64,000 bases of DNA from Terriglobales bacterium (GCA_050746185.1 JBOGLA010000040.1:117075-181074); one strand, 5' to 3'; counted from the stretch's first letter, positions 9,006-18,572 are shown. Numbers and translations are program-made. The notes: generated by a model from the sequence alone, not told the origin.

Positions 9006-10727
9006 TCAATCCTGATTTGTCGGTAACACAATCTTATAGCTATTGTTAGTCATATCGCTTTCCGGCACGCTGCCGTCGTTCACGACCGCCTCCTTCGGAA
9101 TAGAAGCAGATTCAATCCGGATTGACGCTTTGGACTTCGCGCGAACCACCAGCCGCTTGCTGATTTCGGCGCCTTCCGTCCGCAAAATTACCGGAACTTC
9201 CGCTCCCGCGCTCCCAAGATTTTCGACGGTAACGGTGACCAGGTAAACTCCCTTGAGCATTTTACGAGGATAAACCGATTCAACTCGAAAGTCCGGCAGC
9301 CCGCGATCGCGATATACCCAGTCATCGAAGAACCATTCTAGATCGCGATTCGATTGTCCTTCGATCAGGCGTGGCATATATGAAGGTTCTTTGTCTTGAT
9401 CGGGACGGTATTGTGCCAGTGCCTGCGTCAAGGCTTTGTCGCCGATCATGTCGCGTATCATCCACCAGACATACATCGCCTTGCTGCGGTAGAACTCTTC
9501 GATAGCGGTATTAATGAGCGACTCAGCCGCGGCTGCGTGAGGATCATGCCCCTTCACAACCGCAATTTCGCTTGCCGCAATGGATCCGCGATGTGTCACC
9601 ATAAAGTCGAGTGCCTTCTGGCGGCCGGCATTGTTCTCAATGTAGGCAGCTTGAGCGAAATGTGCCAGTCCCTCATAAATCCATAGCCTCGTGGATGGAA
9701 AAGCAGCATGAGTCAGCTGATGAACCGCAACCAATCCGTATTTTGTAGAATCGTTGCCCGTGAGCGGCGCAAACAGGACGCTCCCACTTTCATACGGGGA
9801 AGCCTGCGAATCCGCCAGTTCGATAACCTTCGCTTTGTTGCGCGGCGTGCCGAACCATCCAGTCACAAAGGGCGCAGCCAGATCAAAGGCTAGCGCATAA
9901 TTTTCCGCATTAGAGTTGTGCCCAGGCAAAAAGTAAACGCTCAGATGTTTCCGGCCGAGAACGGAATAATTTCCGATGCCGAAACCGGGGGAAACAAGAT
10001 TCATGGGGGAGAATCGGTGTTCCTGACAATCCGTGGTTGATACCGCCGAGTTCCCGCTTGATGCCGGCGCCGAACTATCATTCATTACGCTGATGAACTT
10101 GGATTCATCTGCGTCCAGGCAGAGATCAATCGCCATACTCGCCGCGGTCTCCCTGCGTTTCCACTTTCCCACGGTTTCGAATACTGCATTTCCATCCGAT
10201 AGACTTGCCGCCTCCATCGCCACCGGATACCAGGCCACATACCCAGCCCCGCGAACGGCGGTGAACGACCTTCCAATCTCGTCCCAATCGTCATGCGGCG
10301 CCAGCTCTTTCGGAACTCCTATTCGTCGCAAGCGCGTCGCATCCAGAGGAATGATCCCTTCGTATCCGACATTCAGTTCGACCGAACTCTTAGGGAAAAT
10401 TTCTTGAGGCAGCGTCACAATTGCTTCTGAAAGCGCACCGGTGTGATCAATGTCCGACGTGTAGGTCTGCGCGTCGAACTCGACCGGCTTGTCACCAATC
10501 GCGATGGCGCTCCAGTGCAGACTCGACGATATTTGCAGTGAAACATGCTTCTGGGGCGAATCCGAGTCGTTCCGCAAAATGATTGTTCCGCGCACGCCAA
10601 TGCGTTGCTGCTCCGGCTCAATCCTGACGTTGAGGTCGTAGTTCGTGAACGTGAAAGCTTCGCGCTCGAGAGAGAATGCCTGGAGTTGCCACAGGCAAAG
10701 CCCGAGAACCATCAAAAGCCATTTCAT
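9006..10727 (-). CDS. secreted hypothetical protein, gluzincin-like with HQxxH-X13-E instead of HExxH
   Basis: 573-aa ORF with an N-terminal signal peptide (MKWLLMVLGLCLWQLQA). AVHQLTHAAFPSTRLWIYEGLAHF resembles an MA-clan zinc site whose catalytic Glu is replaced by Gln. Confidence 0.35.
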   Translation of the reverse strand: MKWLLMVLGLCLWQLQAFSLEREAFTFTNYDLNVRIEPEQQRIGVRGTIILRNDSDSPQKHVSLQISSSLHWSAIAIGDKPVEFDAQTYTSDIDHTGALSEAIVTLPQEIFPKSSVELNVGYEGIIPLDATRLRRIGVPKELAPHDDWDEIGRSFTAVRGAGYVAWYPVAMEAASLSDGNAVFETVGKWKRRETAASMAIDLCLDADESKFISVMNDSSAPASSGNSAVSTTDCQEHRFSPMNLVSPGFGIGNYSVLGRKHLSVYFLPGHNSNAENYALAFDLAAPFVTGWFGTPRNKAKVIELADSQASPYESGSVLFAPLTGNDSTKYGLVAVHQLTHAAFPSTRLWIYEGLAHFAQAAYIENNAGRQKALDFMVTHRGSIAASEIAVVKGHDPHAAAAESLINTAIEEFYRSKAMYVWWMIRDMIGDKALTQALAQYRPDQDKEPSYMPRLIEGQSNRDLEWFFDDWVYRDRGLPDFRVESVYPRKMLKGVYLVTVTVENLGSAGAEVPVILRTEGAEISKRLVVRAKSKASIRIESASIPKEAVVNDGSVPESDMTNNSYKIVLPTNQD

Positions 10728-10729
10728 TT

Positions 10730-11476
10730 CTATTCGGATGACTCCAGTTTCATTCTCCTCTGGCGCACGATCTCATAGAGTATGACGCCCGCGGCCACGG
10801 AAACGTTTAATGACGGCACCTTTCCGAGCATGGGAATCGAAACCAGGAAATCGCATTTCCTCGCCACCAGCTGGTGAATCCCTTTGCCTTCAGCCCCAAG
10901 GACAATTGCGCAATCCATGTTGTAGTCGAGAGAGTCGTACCTCTGCGGACCACGCTCGTCCAGCCCGACAGTCCATATATTCCTGGCTTTCAATTCTTCC
11001 AGCGTGCGCGCAATATTCGTGACTTTCGCCATAGGCAAGTGCTCGCTTGCTCCCGCTGAAGCCTTGGCAACGATCGCGGTCACGCTGGCAGCGCGACGCT
11101 CCGGAATGATCACGCCATCCACGCCCGCAGCGTCCGCGGTTCGGATGACGGCGCCCAGGTTATGCGGATCTTCAATGCCGTCGAGCACCACCAGCAGAGA
11201 ATGCTGACCGCGTTTCGCATCCACCACATCGTCAAGATCGTTATATTGCTTTGCCGATGTAACCGCCACCACGCCCTGGTGCGCATTGTTTCCCGCCATT
11301 CGGTCTAATTCCGCGCGGGAAACAAATCGCACTGCAACCCCCTGCCTCCGGCACTCATCCACCACGCGCTGGAGCCGCAGATCGTGCCGCTCTTTGGAAA
11401 CTCCCACCCATGTGAAAGCCCGTCCTCGCGCCTTCAGGGCTTCCGCAACCGCATTGATTCCGTAGATGTAATTCAT
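10730..11476 (-). CDS. rlmB: 23S rRNA (guanosine-2'-O)-methyltransferase RlmB (SpoU/TrmH family)
   Basis: Start set at the internal MNYIYGINAV (ATG 11476-11474). The N-terminal substrate-binding domain plus SPOUT motifs (VLDGIEDPHNLGAVIRTADAAGVDGVI, LNVSVAAGVILYE) are present. The raw ORF carries an 85-aa non-homologous upstream extension. Confidence 0.8.
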   Translation of the reverse strand: MNYIYGINAVAEALKARGRAFTWVGVSKERHDLRLQRVVDECRRQGVAVRFVSRAELDRMAGNNAHQGVVAVTSAKQYNDLDDVVDAKRGQHSLLVVLDGIEDPHNLGAVIRTADAAGVDGVIIPERRAASVTAIVAKASAGASEHLPMAKVTNIARTLEELKARNIWTVGLDERGPQRYDSLDYNMDCAIVLGAEGKGIHQLVARKCDFLVSIPMLGKVPSLNVSVAAGVILYEIVRQRRMKLESSE

Positions 11477-11745
11477 GCGCAGCCAGTTTACCGCGTGACA
11501 AGATTGGCCGAGAACCCTTTGTGCCGCCTCAATTCGAGTCGGCCGCTCACGCCATTTTGGCGGTAGAGACTGAACGGCTGGTTCCATGCGCGAATTGCGG
11601 AGCTTTGCTCCGCCGGACAGCCGAGAGCGGCTGTCCCTGCGTGGTCTACTGCGTGGTTCCGAGAGCGCAAATCTTCTGGTATGCTGCGGCGGTATTCGTA
11701 GCATCCTCCGGACAGGAGAAGTTTTATTCAAGTGAGGTGAAGACT

Positions 11746-12393
11746 ATGCGACGTACAATCGGAATTCACATGTTGTTTGTGTTTTTGTTCCTCATGACTA
11801 CCGTGGGCTTCGCTCAGGATTTTACCGCCGACGCCTACAGTTCGCATTCTGCCGCCGATGAGGTGGCTAAGATTTTCGTCAGCGGCAACAAGGTTCGCAT
11901 TGAGCCGCAGCGTGACAGTGATAACGAGGGATTCGTTATCTGGGACGTCAATGGGCATCACTACATGGTTGTGATGCCGCAGAGGCACATGTTCATGGAC
12001 TTTGGCGGCCCCATGATGCAACAGCAGGTGCTCGCTTTTTGGCGCCCGGCTGATGCAAACAACGCTTGTCCCGATTGGGAGCGGCTCGCTGTTCAATTCA
12101 AGGCGCACGAAAAACTTGGCAGTTGCCATAAAGTTGGCAATGACACGGTGAACGGTCGAAGCGCTGTGAAATACGAAGGATCTTCGACGGATGGCAAGAC
12201 GGGCGACGTGTGGGTGGACACAAAGCTGCATTTCTTAATCAAGATGGCTGATGCGGATGGAAATGTGACCGAACTCCGCAACATCCGCGAAGGATCGCAG
12301 CCCGACAGCCTCTTTGAAGTTCCTGCGGGATACCAGAAAATGGAGATGGGCGGCGGGATGAAGATGAATAGGCCTGAGCCGCCTTCGCACTAG
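11746..12393 (+). CDS. secreted Met-rich hypothetical protein
   Basis: ATG at 11746 is preceded by GAGGTGA. The signal peptide is MRRTIGIHMLFVFLFLMTTVGFA. The mature part has Met/His-rich patches (HHYMVVMPQRHMFMDFGGPMM, KMEMGGGMKM). Confidence 0.5.
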   Translation: MRRTIGIHMLFVFLFLMTTVGFAQDFTADAYSSHSAADEVAKIFVSGNKVRIEPQRDSDNEGFVIWDVNGHHYMVVMPQRHMFMDFGGPMMQQQVLAFWRPADANNACPDWERLAVQFKAHEKLGSCHKVGNDTVNGRSAVKYEGSSTDGKTGDVWVDTKLHFLIKMADADGNVTELRNIREGSQPDSLFEVPAGYQKMEMGGGMKMNRPEPPSH

Positions 12394-12470
12394 CACTGGC
12401 GAAGGACGCGGACGGAAAGAGCGGCGAGAAAAAGATTAAAATAGCGGCAAGGGAGTGTTGCAGGGGAAAT

Positions 12471-13250
12471 ATGTCTTTATCAGCGGTGATCGTGGACGAT
12501 GAGCAACTGGCTCGCGACGAACTTGCTTATCTGCTGAAAAATGTTGGGGATGTTGACGTCGTGGCTCAAGGTGAAAATGGCCTGGACGCGATCAATTTGA
12601 TCCGCGAACATAACCCTGATTTGCTTTTTCTTGACGTCCAAATGCCCGGTCTTGACGGCTTTGGCGTCATTAAGAAGCTGCTGGACAAGAAAGTTTCGCT
12701 TCCGAAAATCGTGTTTGCCACTGCTTTCGACCAGTACGCCGTGAAAGCCTTTGAAGTGAATGCGGTTGACTACCTGCTCAAACCTTTCGACAAGAAGCGG
12801 GTCGCTCAGTCGGTGCAAAAAGCCCGAACCAAGCTCGAAGCGGGCAGTTCAACTTCCGATAAGCTCGAGACCCTGGTAAGAATGCTCGAATCCCAAAAGC
12901 CGCAGAGCTCCAAACTTTTGCTGAAGGCCGCAGGCAGGCTTTTTCTGGTCAGCCAAAAAGATATTTGTTTTGCTTCCATCGAAGATGGAGTCATCAGCGT
13001 TGCCACGACCGGGTCCAACGGAATGGAGGGGCAATCCAATTGCCGTACTTTGGAAGAACTGCTGAGCAGCCTTGATCCCAATTCCTTCTGGCGCGCTCAT
13101 CGTTCTTATCTGGTGAATATCAATCGGATTAAAGAAGTCGTGCCCTGGTTCAAAAGCTCATATCAGCTTCGTATGGACGACAAAAAACAGACCGAAATTC
13201 CCGTAAGCCGCGCTCAAACCAAGCGCCTCCGTGAGCTATTTGGTTTGTGA
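12471..13250 (+). CDS. LytTR-family two-component response regulator
   Basis: 259-aa ORF with an N-terminal receiver domain (VIVDDEQLARDEL, LLFLDVQMPGLDGF ... KIVFATAF) and a C-terminal LytTR DNA-binding domain (FWRAHRSYLVNINRIKEV). No cognate kinase is adjacent. Confidence 0.85.
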   Translation: MSLSAVIVDDEQLARDELAYLLKNVGDVDVVAQGENGLDAINLIREHNPDLLFLDVQMPGLDGFGVIKKLLDKKVSLPKIVFATAFDQYAVKAFEVNAVDYLLKPFDKKRVAQSVQKARTKLEAGSSTSDKLETLVRMLESQKPQSSKLLLKAAGRLFLVSQKDICFASIEDGVISVATTGSNGMEGQSNCRTLEELLSSLDPNSFWRAHRSYLVNINRIKEVVPWFKSSYQLRMDDKKQTEIPVSRAQTKRLRELFGL

Positions 13251-13298
13251 ACGGGGTTATTGACCCAAATCTGTTCTGTGGGGATAACTCGACCGCGG

Positions 13299-14210
13299 AT
13301 GGCGCTTCCCACTGAGAAACTAATTTCGGATTTGACAAAGCCCATTGGAAACATCCAATTTGCAAGCGATTCGCGCTTGCATTACGCGATGGCACAGTGT
13401 AATCAATTAAATGACCCCGTGAGCGAGAAAAAGAACAATGGCACCTCGACGTATGAACCACTCAGTAGTGTTTGGGAGGGAAGTGACGGCACCCTGCTAG
13501 AGGCGATGTTCGAATTCTATGCGACCATTCCGCCCGAGCCGATCTTGGACGCAACTTTTAACGCAGGCCGATTCTGGAAAGGCTCCAAACGGCGTGTCGT
13601 TTCGATGGATATTGACCCGCAGTACAAACCAACAATCGTCGGCGACAACCGCACAATGACAGGCGTAGCACCCGCGCAGTTCGGTGTCGTCGTCTACGAT
13701 CCCCCGCACGTCGGACCGCAGGGCCGCGATAAGAGCAGGAAGCGATTTGATGTGGACTTCGGGGCCACGGTAGAGTGCGGCAAGGAACATGATTGGAGTC
13801 TGAGTTACCTGTATCCGCCATTCTTGCAGCAAGCCAGGCGAGTGCTAAGGCCGGATGGCCTGCTGCTTGCGAAGATCACGGACATGGTGAATAACCACAA
13901 GTCGAAATGGCCGCACTGTGACTTCATGAGAATGGCCGAGAACGCGGGGTTTACTGTGTGTGATCTGATCATCAAGATCAGAAACGGGCCGATGGTTTCA
14001 ACCAAGTGGAAGCAAGCTCACCACGCGCGAAAGCGGCACTGCTTTTGGATCATTTGCCGCAACGGTGATGACTGCGAGCGGCGGACGGCGGTTACTTCTC
14101 CGGAAATAATTCGTTCCATCGGCTTACGCGATCTGTTCCCGGACGCCCAACACCCGGAACCTTGCTACCAAACCCGCTCTCGTTCCATTCCGGTCGGTAG
14201 TGAGTCATGA
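13299..14210 (+). CDS. putative DNA amino-methyltransferase (gamma-class-like, N6A or N4C)
   Basis: Start at the first ATG of ORF 13260-14210. Motif-I-like ILDATFNAGRF, an acidic MDIDP motif, then VVVYDPPHV (motif IV variant DPPH). Lower GC than the flanks. Convergent with the GIY-YIG nuclease. Confidence 0.5.
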   Translation: MALPTEKLISDLTKPIGNIQFASDSRLHYAMAQCNQLNDPVSEKKNNGTSTYEPLSSVWEGSDGTLLEAMFEFYATIPPEPILDATFNAGRFWKGSKRRVVSMDIDPQYKPTIVGDNRTMTGVAPAQFGVVVYDPPHVGPQGRDKSRKRFDVDFGATVECGKEHDWSLSYLYPPFLQQARRVLRPDGLLLAKITDMVNNHKSKWPHCDFMRMAENAGFTVCDLIIKIRNGPMVSTKWKQAHHARKRHCFWIICRNGDDCERRTAVTSPEIIRSIGLRDLFPDAQHPEPCYQTRSRSIPVGSES

Positions 14211-14553
14211 GCGCAAATTCTGCTGCAAACACCCACCATTCGCTGTCAAACGTCAGATAACGACAACTCATGTCGGCCAGGTCGATTTTCTGGCGACTGC
14301 TGATCTTGCTGACGTGCTCAGTCAGCCGAGATCGCAACGTTCTCTTGCTCTTGGTCGTTCCCTTCGATGCCTTGCCGATATAAACAAGCCTGTCCTTGTA
14401 ATAAAGGACGTAAATTCCGCTGGCCTGTGGCCCTGCGCCTTTTGTTAAGGGAAGAAGCGGACTCGCCTCCAGCTTCTCAACCGCCTGGGTGCGAATACCT
14501 CGGTCCAGGTCAAAGTCGAAATGATGCGGGTCGCTGCCACCAGTGTTAGGCAT
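14092..14553 (-). CDS. GIY-YIG restriction endonuclease (Eco29kI-family-like)
   Basis: 153-aa ORF with a clear GIY-X9-YIG motif (SGIYVLYYKDRLVYIGKA). Downstream, RSRLTEHVSKISSRQKIDLADMSCRYLTF resembles the Eco29kI-family core as recalled from memory. It is paired with a methyltransferase. Confidence 0.55.
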   Translation of the reverse strand: MPNTGGSDPHHFDFDLDRGIRTQAVEKLEASPLLPLTKGAGPQASGIYVLYYKDRLVYIGKASKGTTKSKRTLRSRLTEHVSKISSRQKIDLADMSCRYLTFDSEWWVFAAEFALMTHYRPEWNESGFGSKVPGVGRPGTDRVSRWNELFPEK

Positions 14554-14604
14554 AATTAATCGGCTGATGCTGCCATCACAATATAAAGAGTGAACCGGTC
14601 GCGA

Positions 14605-14901
14605 TTAACCGCCAAAGGTTCGAGTTCCGCTGGCCGTTGTCTTCTTTTTCCGCCCCCCGAGGCTATTGTGACCAACAAGAGAATCGTTAATTTCCCGCTT
14701 AAGAAGTTCGGCCTTTTCCTCGGAAGTATGCTCTCGCGCAGGGAACCTCTTTTCGAGTTCCGCTCGAAGCATATTGAATTTGGCTTGTGCTGCGCGTTGA
14801 GATTTCGTAGACAGGATCTCCTCACGGCGCAGAGTCACCACCCAAAGGCCCTCCGCATCCTTTGATAGGTGAAGGTCACCAGGTAAGAATGACAGATTCA
14901 T
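14605..14901 (-). CDS. hypothetical protein upstream of the GIY-YIG nuclease
   Basis: 98-aa ORF on the same strand immediately upstream of the nuclease gene. Charged and helical, with no clear HTH. Confidence 0.25.
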   Translation of the reverse strand: MNLSFLPGDLHLSKDAEGLWVVTLRREEILSTKSQRAAQAKFNMLRAELEKRFPAREHTSEEKAELLKREINDSLVGHNSLGGRKKKTTASGTRTFGG

Positions 14902-15106
14902 AATGCCTTTAAGGGCTACCGAAGGATATCACCCAGCGCGGTCGTGCTTAGAAATGTCCCTTCGATTCTCTTGCCTAACCCTGAGGCAAGGCAACGTTGT
15001 TCGATTGAAGCCTTACTTGAAACGCCGATGTAGAGCATACCAACAAATCTGCAACCAATCTGACATGGCCCGCATCTTACAAAAATCCATTAGTGTATCT
15101 GCCTGA

Positions 15107-15415
15107 GTGGGTTTGATGGCAATGGACTCGATTCCATCTCGAAAAACAGTTACCAGAGCGATCACGCTGCTGGGAATCCTGCTTGTCGCGATCAGCGGAT
15201 TCGCGCAGGCCGTTCACGTCCATCCCGATAATTCCAAACTCCCCAGCCACGAATGTTCAATTTGCTCTGTCGCCCATTGCGGAGTCATAGGCACCCCGGT
15301 CTACCAGCCAGTGCCGGTGGTTGTCAGTTCGACGCTATGCGTCGCTCCTGACATTATTCTTCGGTCCACGTCATTTGTTCTATCCCTGCGCATTCGTCCT
15401 CCACCATCGGTCTAA
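15107..15415 (+). CDS. small membrane-anchored Cys/His-motif protein (DUF2946-like?)
   Basis: 102-aa ORF (GTG start). A TM segment (AITLLGILLVAISGFAQA) is followed by HVHPDNSKLPSHECSICSVAHC. It sits directly upstream of a TonB-dependent receptor. Confidence 0.35.
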   Translation: MGLMAMDSIPSRKTVTRAITLLGILLVAISGFAQAVHVHPDNSKLPSHECSICSVAHCGVIGTPVYQPVPVVVSSTLCVAPDIILRSTSFVLSLRIRPPPSV

Positions 15416-15479
15416 GGTCGCTTTGCCGCTATCAAGCTGAACTTTAACGACCGAACCCGAAAACTCTTTGGAGGATTTC

Positions 15480-18341
15480 ATGCTGGCTTCCTATAAGAAG
15501 TCGCTTCGCGCGGCTTTATTGCTAGTTTTCTGCTGCACTTTGAGCATTTCGATTTATGCGCAGTCCAACTCTGCATCTGTCAGCGGCACGATTCTGGATC
15601 CTTCCGGCGCCGTGGTTCCAAAAGCAACCGTGGAGATTCACAATCCGGTCAGTGGATTTGACAGTACGACCGTCACGGACGCCAGCGGCAAATTTACCTT
15701 TGAAAACGTACCGTTCAATCCCTACCATATGACCGTTACCGCCACGGGCTTCGCCTCGTACGTTCAAGACATCGATGTCCGATCCGCATTGCCCTTGGAC
15801 GTTAAGGTGAACCTTCAGGTGGGCGGATCTTCTGAGACTGTCACCGTGGAAGGCGAGGCAGCGGATCTCTTGGAGAACGATCCAACCGGCCACACCGATG
15901 TTGATCGCGGATTGTTCGACAAGATTCCGTTGGAGAGCGAGTCATCGTCGGTGAGTTCCCTGGTTACGCTGGCATCGCCGGGAGTCGCTGCGGACTCGAA
16001 CGGCTTGTTTCACGGGCTTGGCGACCACGCTTCAAATTCATTTTCGGTGGACGGACAGCCAATCACCGATCAACAGAGCAAAGTCTTTTCGAACCAGATT
16101 CCCCTCGATTCAATTGAGTCGCTTACTGTGATTCCGGGCGCGCCACCGGCGGAATTCGGCGGAAAGACAAGCCTGGTGATCGTCGCGACCACGCGGTCTG
16201 GCCAGGGCGTGAAAACGCCGCATGGCAGCGTGAACGCGTCTTACGGTTCATTCGGTTCGTCGAATCTCGGATTCGACCTGAGTTATGGTGGCGATAAATG
16301 GGGGAATTTCATCTCCGCGAACGGCCTGAATTCCGGCCGATTCCTGGATCCGCCGGAATTTGCCGTAATGCATGATAAAGGCAACGAACAAAATATATTC
16401 GATCGAGTGGACTATCAGCTTTCAACTAAAGACTCGATTCACCTGAACTTAGGCTATAGCCGCTCCTGGTTCCAGACGCCGAACTCGTTTGACTCCCAGT
16501 TCGCAACCCCATGGAACGGAGTCTCCGTCAGCAATAATGGACTGGATCCCAATGGCAACCTGGTCGGTCCCGCCGACCAGCGATCCAAGATCCAAACCTT
16601 TAATATCGCTCCGACATGGACGCGAGTGATCAATCCGTCCACTGTGACGACATTCGGCGCCTTCGTGCGACGAGACGCATACAACTACTACCCCAGCAAC
16701 AACCCATTTGCGGATCTGGGCCCACCCAATCTGCAACAGCAAACGGTATCGCAATACCGAACGCTTACCAACACCGGCTTGCGTGCGGATATTACGCACC
16801 TGAAAGGCATCAACAACATCAAAGCGGGAGCTACCTATCAACAGACATTTCTTAGGGAGAACTTCAACCTCGGAATTGTCGATCCTAATTACAATGCGCC
16901 GTGTCTGGATAACAACGGCGCGCCAGTGTTTGTTGGGAACCCGGGCGTGAATGACCCCAGCAATTGCGCGGGCGCCGGCTCAACCGATCCCGTCGCTTAC
17001 CCGTTGCCGTTCGCGGCGAATCCTGGCTTCAACCCGTTGCTCGGCTGCTATGACCTGACGCGGTCGACTCCGTCCCCGGCGGACGGTTGTCCTGGCTCCT
17101 CCAGCGGTTTGTTCCCTTTTCACGGGCATACGGACATCAAAGAACTTGGCCTCTATATCCAGGATTCAATCTCCAAGGGCAACTGGTCCCTCAACCTGGG
17201 AATCCGGGGCGATCTCTACAACGGCTTGGTGGTTGCTCGCCAGGCAGAGCCTCGCCTCGGTGTGGCTTACAACATCAAGCAGACCAATACCGTTCTTCGT
17301 GTTTCTTACGCACGCACACTGGAGACTCCCTTTAACGAGAATCTTGTGCTTTCGAGCACAGGCTGCGCAGACCCTGTCTTGAACTCGCTGCTTGGTTGTT
17401 CTTTGCCTGCTTCAGCGGGCGCGACACCGTTCAATCCCGGCTACCGAAATGAGTTCCACGCCGGCCTGCAGCAGGCGTTTGGGCGGTATCTGGTTGTGAG
17501 CGGGGACTACATTTGGAAATACACGCACAACGCGTATGACTTTAGCGTGTTGGGCGCCACCCCAATCACTTTCCCCATCGATTGGCACAATTCCAAGATT
17601 CCTGGCTATGCGATTCGTGTGAGTGTGCCGAACTACCACGGATTTACGGCTTTGGTGGTGATGTCGAGCGTGGCGGCGCGTTTCTTTACCCCACAGATCG
17701 GTGGTGCGGGTGCGGTTCCGGCGGTGGCCTTCAATAGCGGGAGCACGCCGTTCCGCATTGATCATGACGAGAAATTCAACCAGACAACGCACATTCAATA
17801 CCAGCCCTGGAAGACTGGTCCCTGGCTCGGCTTCAACTGGCGCTACGACAGCGGCCTGGTTGCCGGACAGACGCCCTGTTTCGGCGGCAACTGCGCCCAA
17901 GGGATAACCGTAGGCGGCACCGACTACATCGGCCTGACCGATTCGTTCGGAACTCCGTTAACCGCCGATCAGGAGTTTCAGTCTGGGCTTTTCTGTGGAT
18001 CGCAGCGCGCCACTCCATTCACTCCGATCGGGGTTAGCATCCCAGGCAGCGCGGCGCTTGCATGTCCGGTGTCGCAATATGGATCCACTCAGCTGAACGT
18101 GCCCAAGCCGAACACCGAGGACGACGATCACAATCCGCCTCGCATCGCGTCAAGGAATCTCTTCGATATCGCTCTGGGAGACGACAATCTCTTTAAAGGC
18201 GAGCGGTACAAGTGGAGTCTTAACCTTACGGCGATCAACGTGACAAACAAACGTGCGTTGTACAACTTCCTCTCAACGTTCAGCGGAACGCACTACGTCA
18301 CTCCGCGCGCGTTGACAGCTGAGATCGGGTTTCATTTTTAG
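15480..18341 (+). CDS. TonB-dependent outer-membrane receptor with N-terminal carboxypeptidase-regulatory-like domain
   Basis: ATG 15480 is preceded by GGAGGA. A signal peptide is followed by SVSGTILDPSGAVVPKATVEI ... TVTDASGKFTFENVP (CarbopepD_reg), then a plug region and a long beta-barrel ending in an aromatic C-terminus (IGFHF). Confidence 0.85.
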   Translation: MLASYKKSLRAALLLVFCCTLSISIYAQSNSASVSGTILDPSGAVVPKATVEIHNPVSGFDSTTVTDASGKFTFENVPFNPYHMTVTATGFASYVQDIDVRSALPLDVKVNLQVGGSSETVTVEGEAADLLENDPTGHTDVDRGLFDKIPLESESSSVSSLVTLASPGVAADSNGLFHGLGDHASNSFSVDGQPITDQQSKVFSNQIPLDSIESLTVIPGAPPAEFGGKTSLVIVATTRSGQGVKTPHGSVNASYGSFGSSNLGFDLSYGGDKWGNFISANGLNSGRFLDPPEFAVMHDKGNEQNIFDRVDYQLSTKDSIHLNLGYSRSWFQTPNSFDSQFATPWNGVSVSNNGLDPNGNLVGPADQRSKIQTFNIAPTWTRVINPSTVTTFGAFVRRDAYNYYPSNNPFADLGPPNLQQQTVSQYRTLTNTGLRADITHLKGINNIKAGATYQQTFLRENFNLGIVDPNYNAPCLDNNGAPVFVGNPGVNDPSNCAGAGSTDPVAYPLPFAANPGFNPLLGCYDLTRSTPSPADGCPGSSSGLFPFHGHTDIKELGLYIQDSISKGNWSLNLGIRGDLYNGLVVARQAEPRLGVAYNIKQTNTVLRVSYARTLETPFNENLVLSSTGCADPVLNSLLGCSLPASAGATPFNPGYRNEFHAGLQQAFGRYLVVSGDYIWKYTHNAYDFSVLGATPITFPIDWHNSKIPGYAIRVSVPNYHGFTALVVMSSVAARFFTPQIGGAGAVPAVAFNSGSTPFRIDHDEKFNQTTHIQYQPWKTGPWLGFNWRYDSGLVAGQTPCFGGNCAQGITVGGTDYIGLTDSFGTPLTADQEFQSGLFCGSQRATPFTPIGVSIPGSAALACPVSQYGSTQLNVPKPNTEDDDHNPPRIASRNLFDIALGDDNLFKGERYKWSLNLTAINVTNKRALYNFLSTFSGTHYVTPRALTAEIGFHF

Positions 18342-18358
18342 TGGCGATCCACTTCTGT

Positions 18359-18388
18359 GAGGACAGGCGCTCAAAACGCACTGTCCTC
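18359..18388 (+). terminator. GC-rich stem-loop 18 nt after the TonB-receptor stop codon
   Basis: GAGGACAGGCG-ctcaaaa-CGCaCTGTCCTC, about 11-bp stem with one bulge. No U-tract follows. Confidence 0.35.
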
Positions 18389-18572
18389 GCGTCTTTCCAC
18401 AGGAAATGTTTCCGATTAAGGCCGCGTTCCGAATTCAAACCGCTAAACTAAGATCAAGCAAATCCCCCTGAAAGTCGTAATTTGTGGCGCCGTTCTTGGA
18501 AGTCTTTGGGTTCATATTGACTTGAAACTAATAGTTTGCAAAACTGTGCGGGTATTGATCGCGACCTAGGGG

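Noticed and set aside
10730-11731. Full 333-aa version of the rlmB ORF, and similarly the 316-aa trpC and 435-aa dxr ORFs
   Set aside because: The upstream extensions are Arg/Pro-rich and non-homologous. Internal Met codons align with the conserved N-termini of the families.
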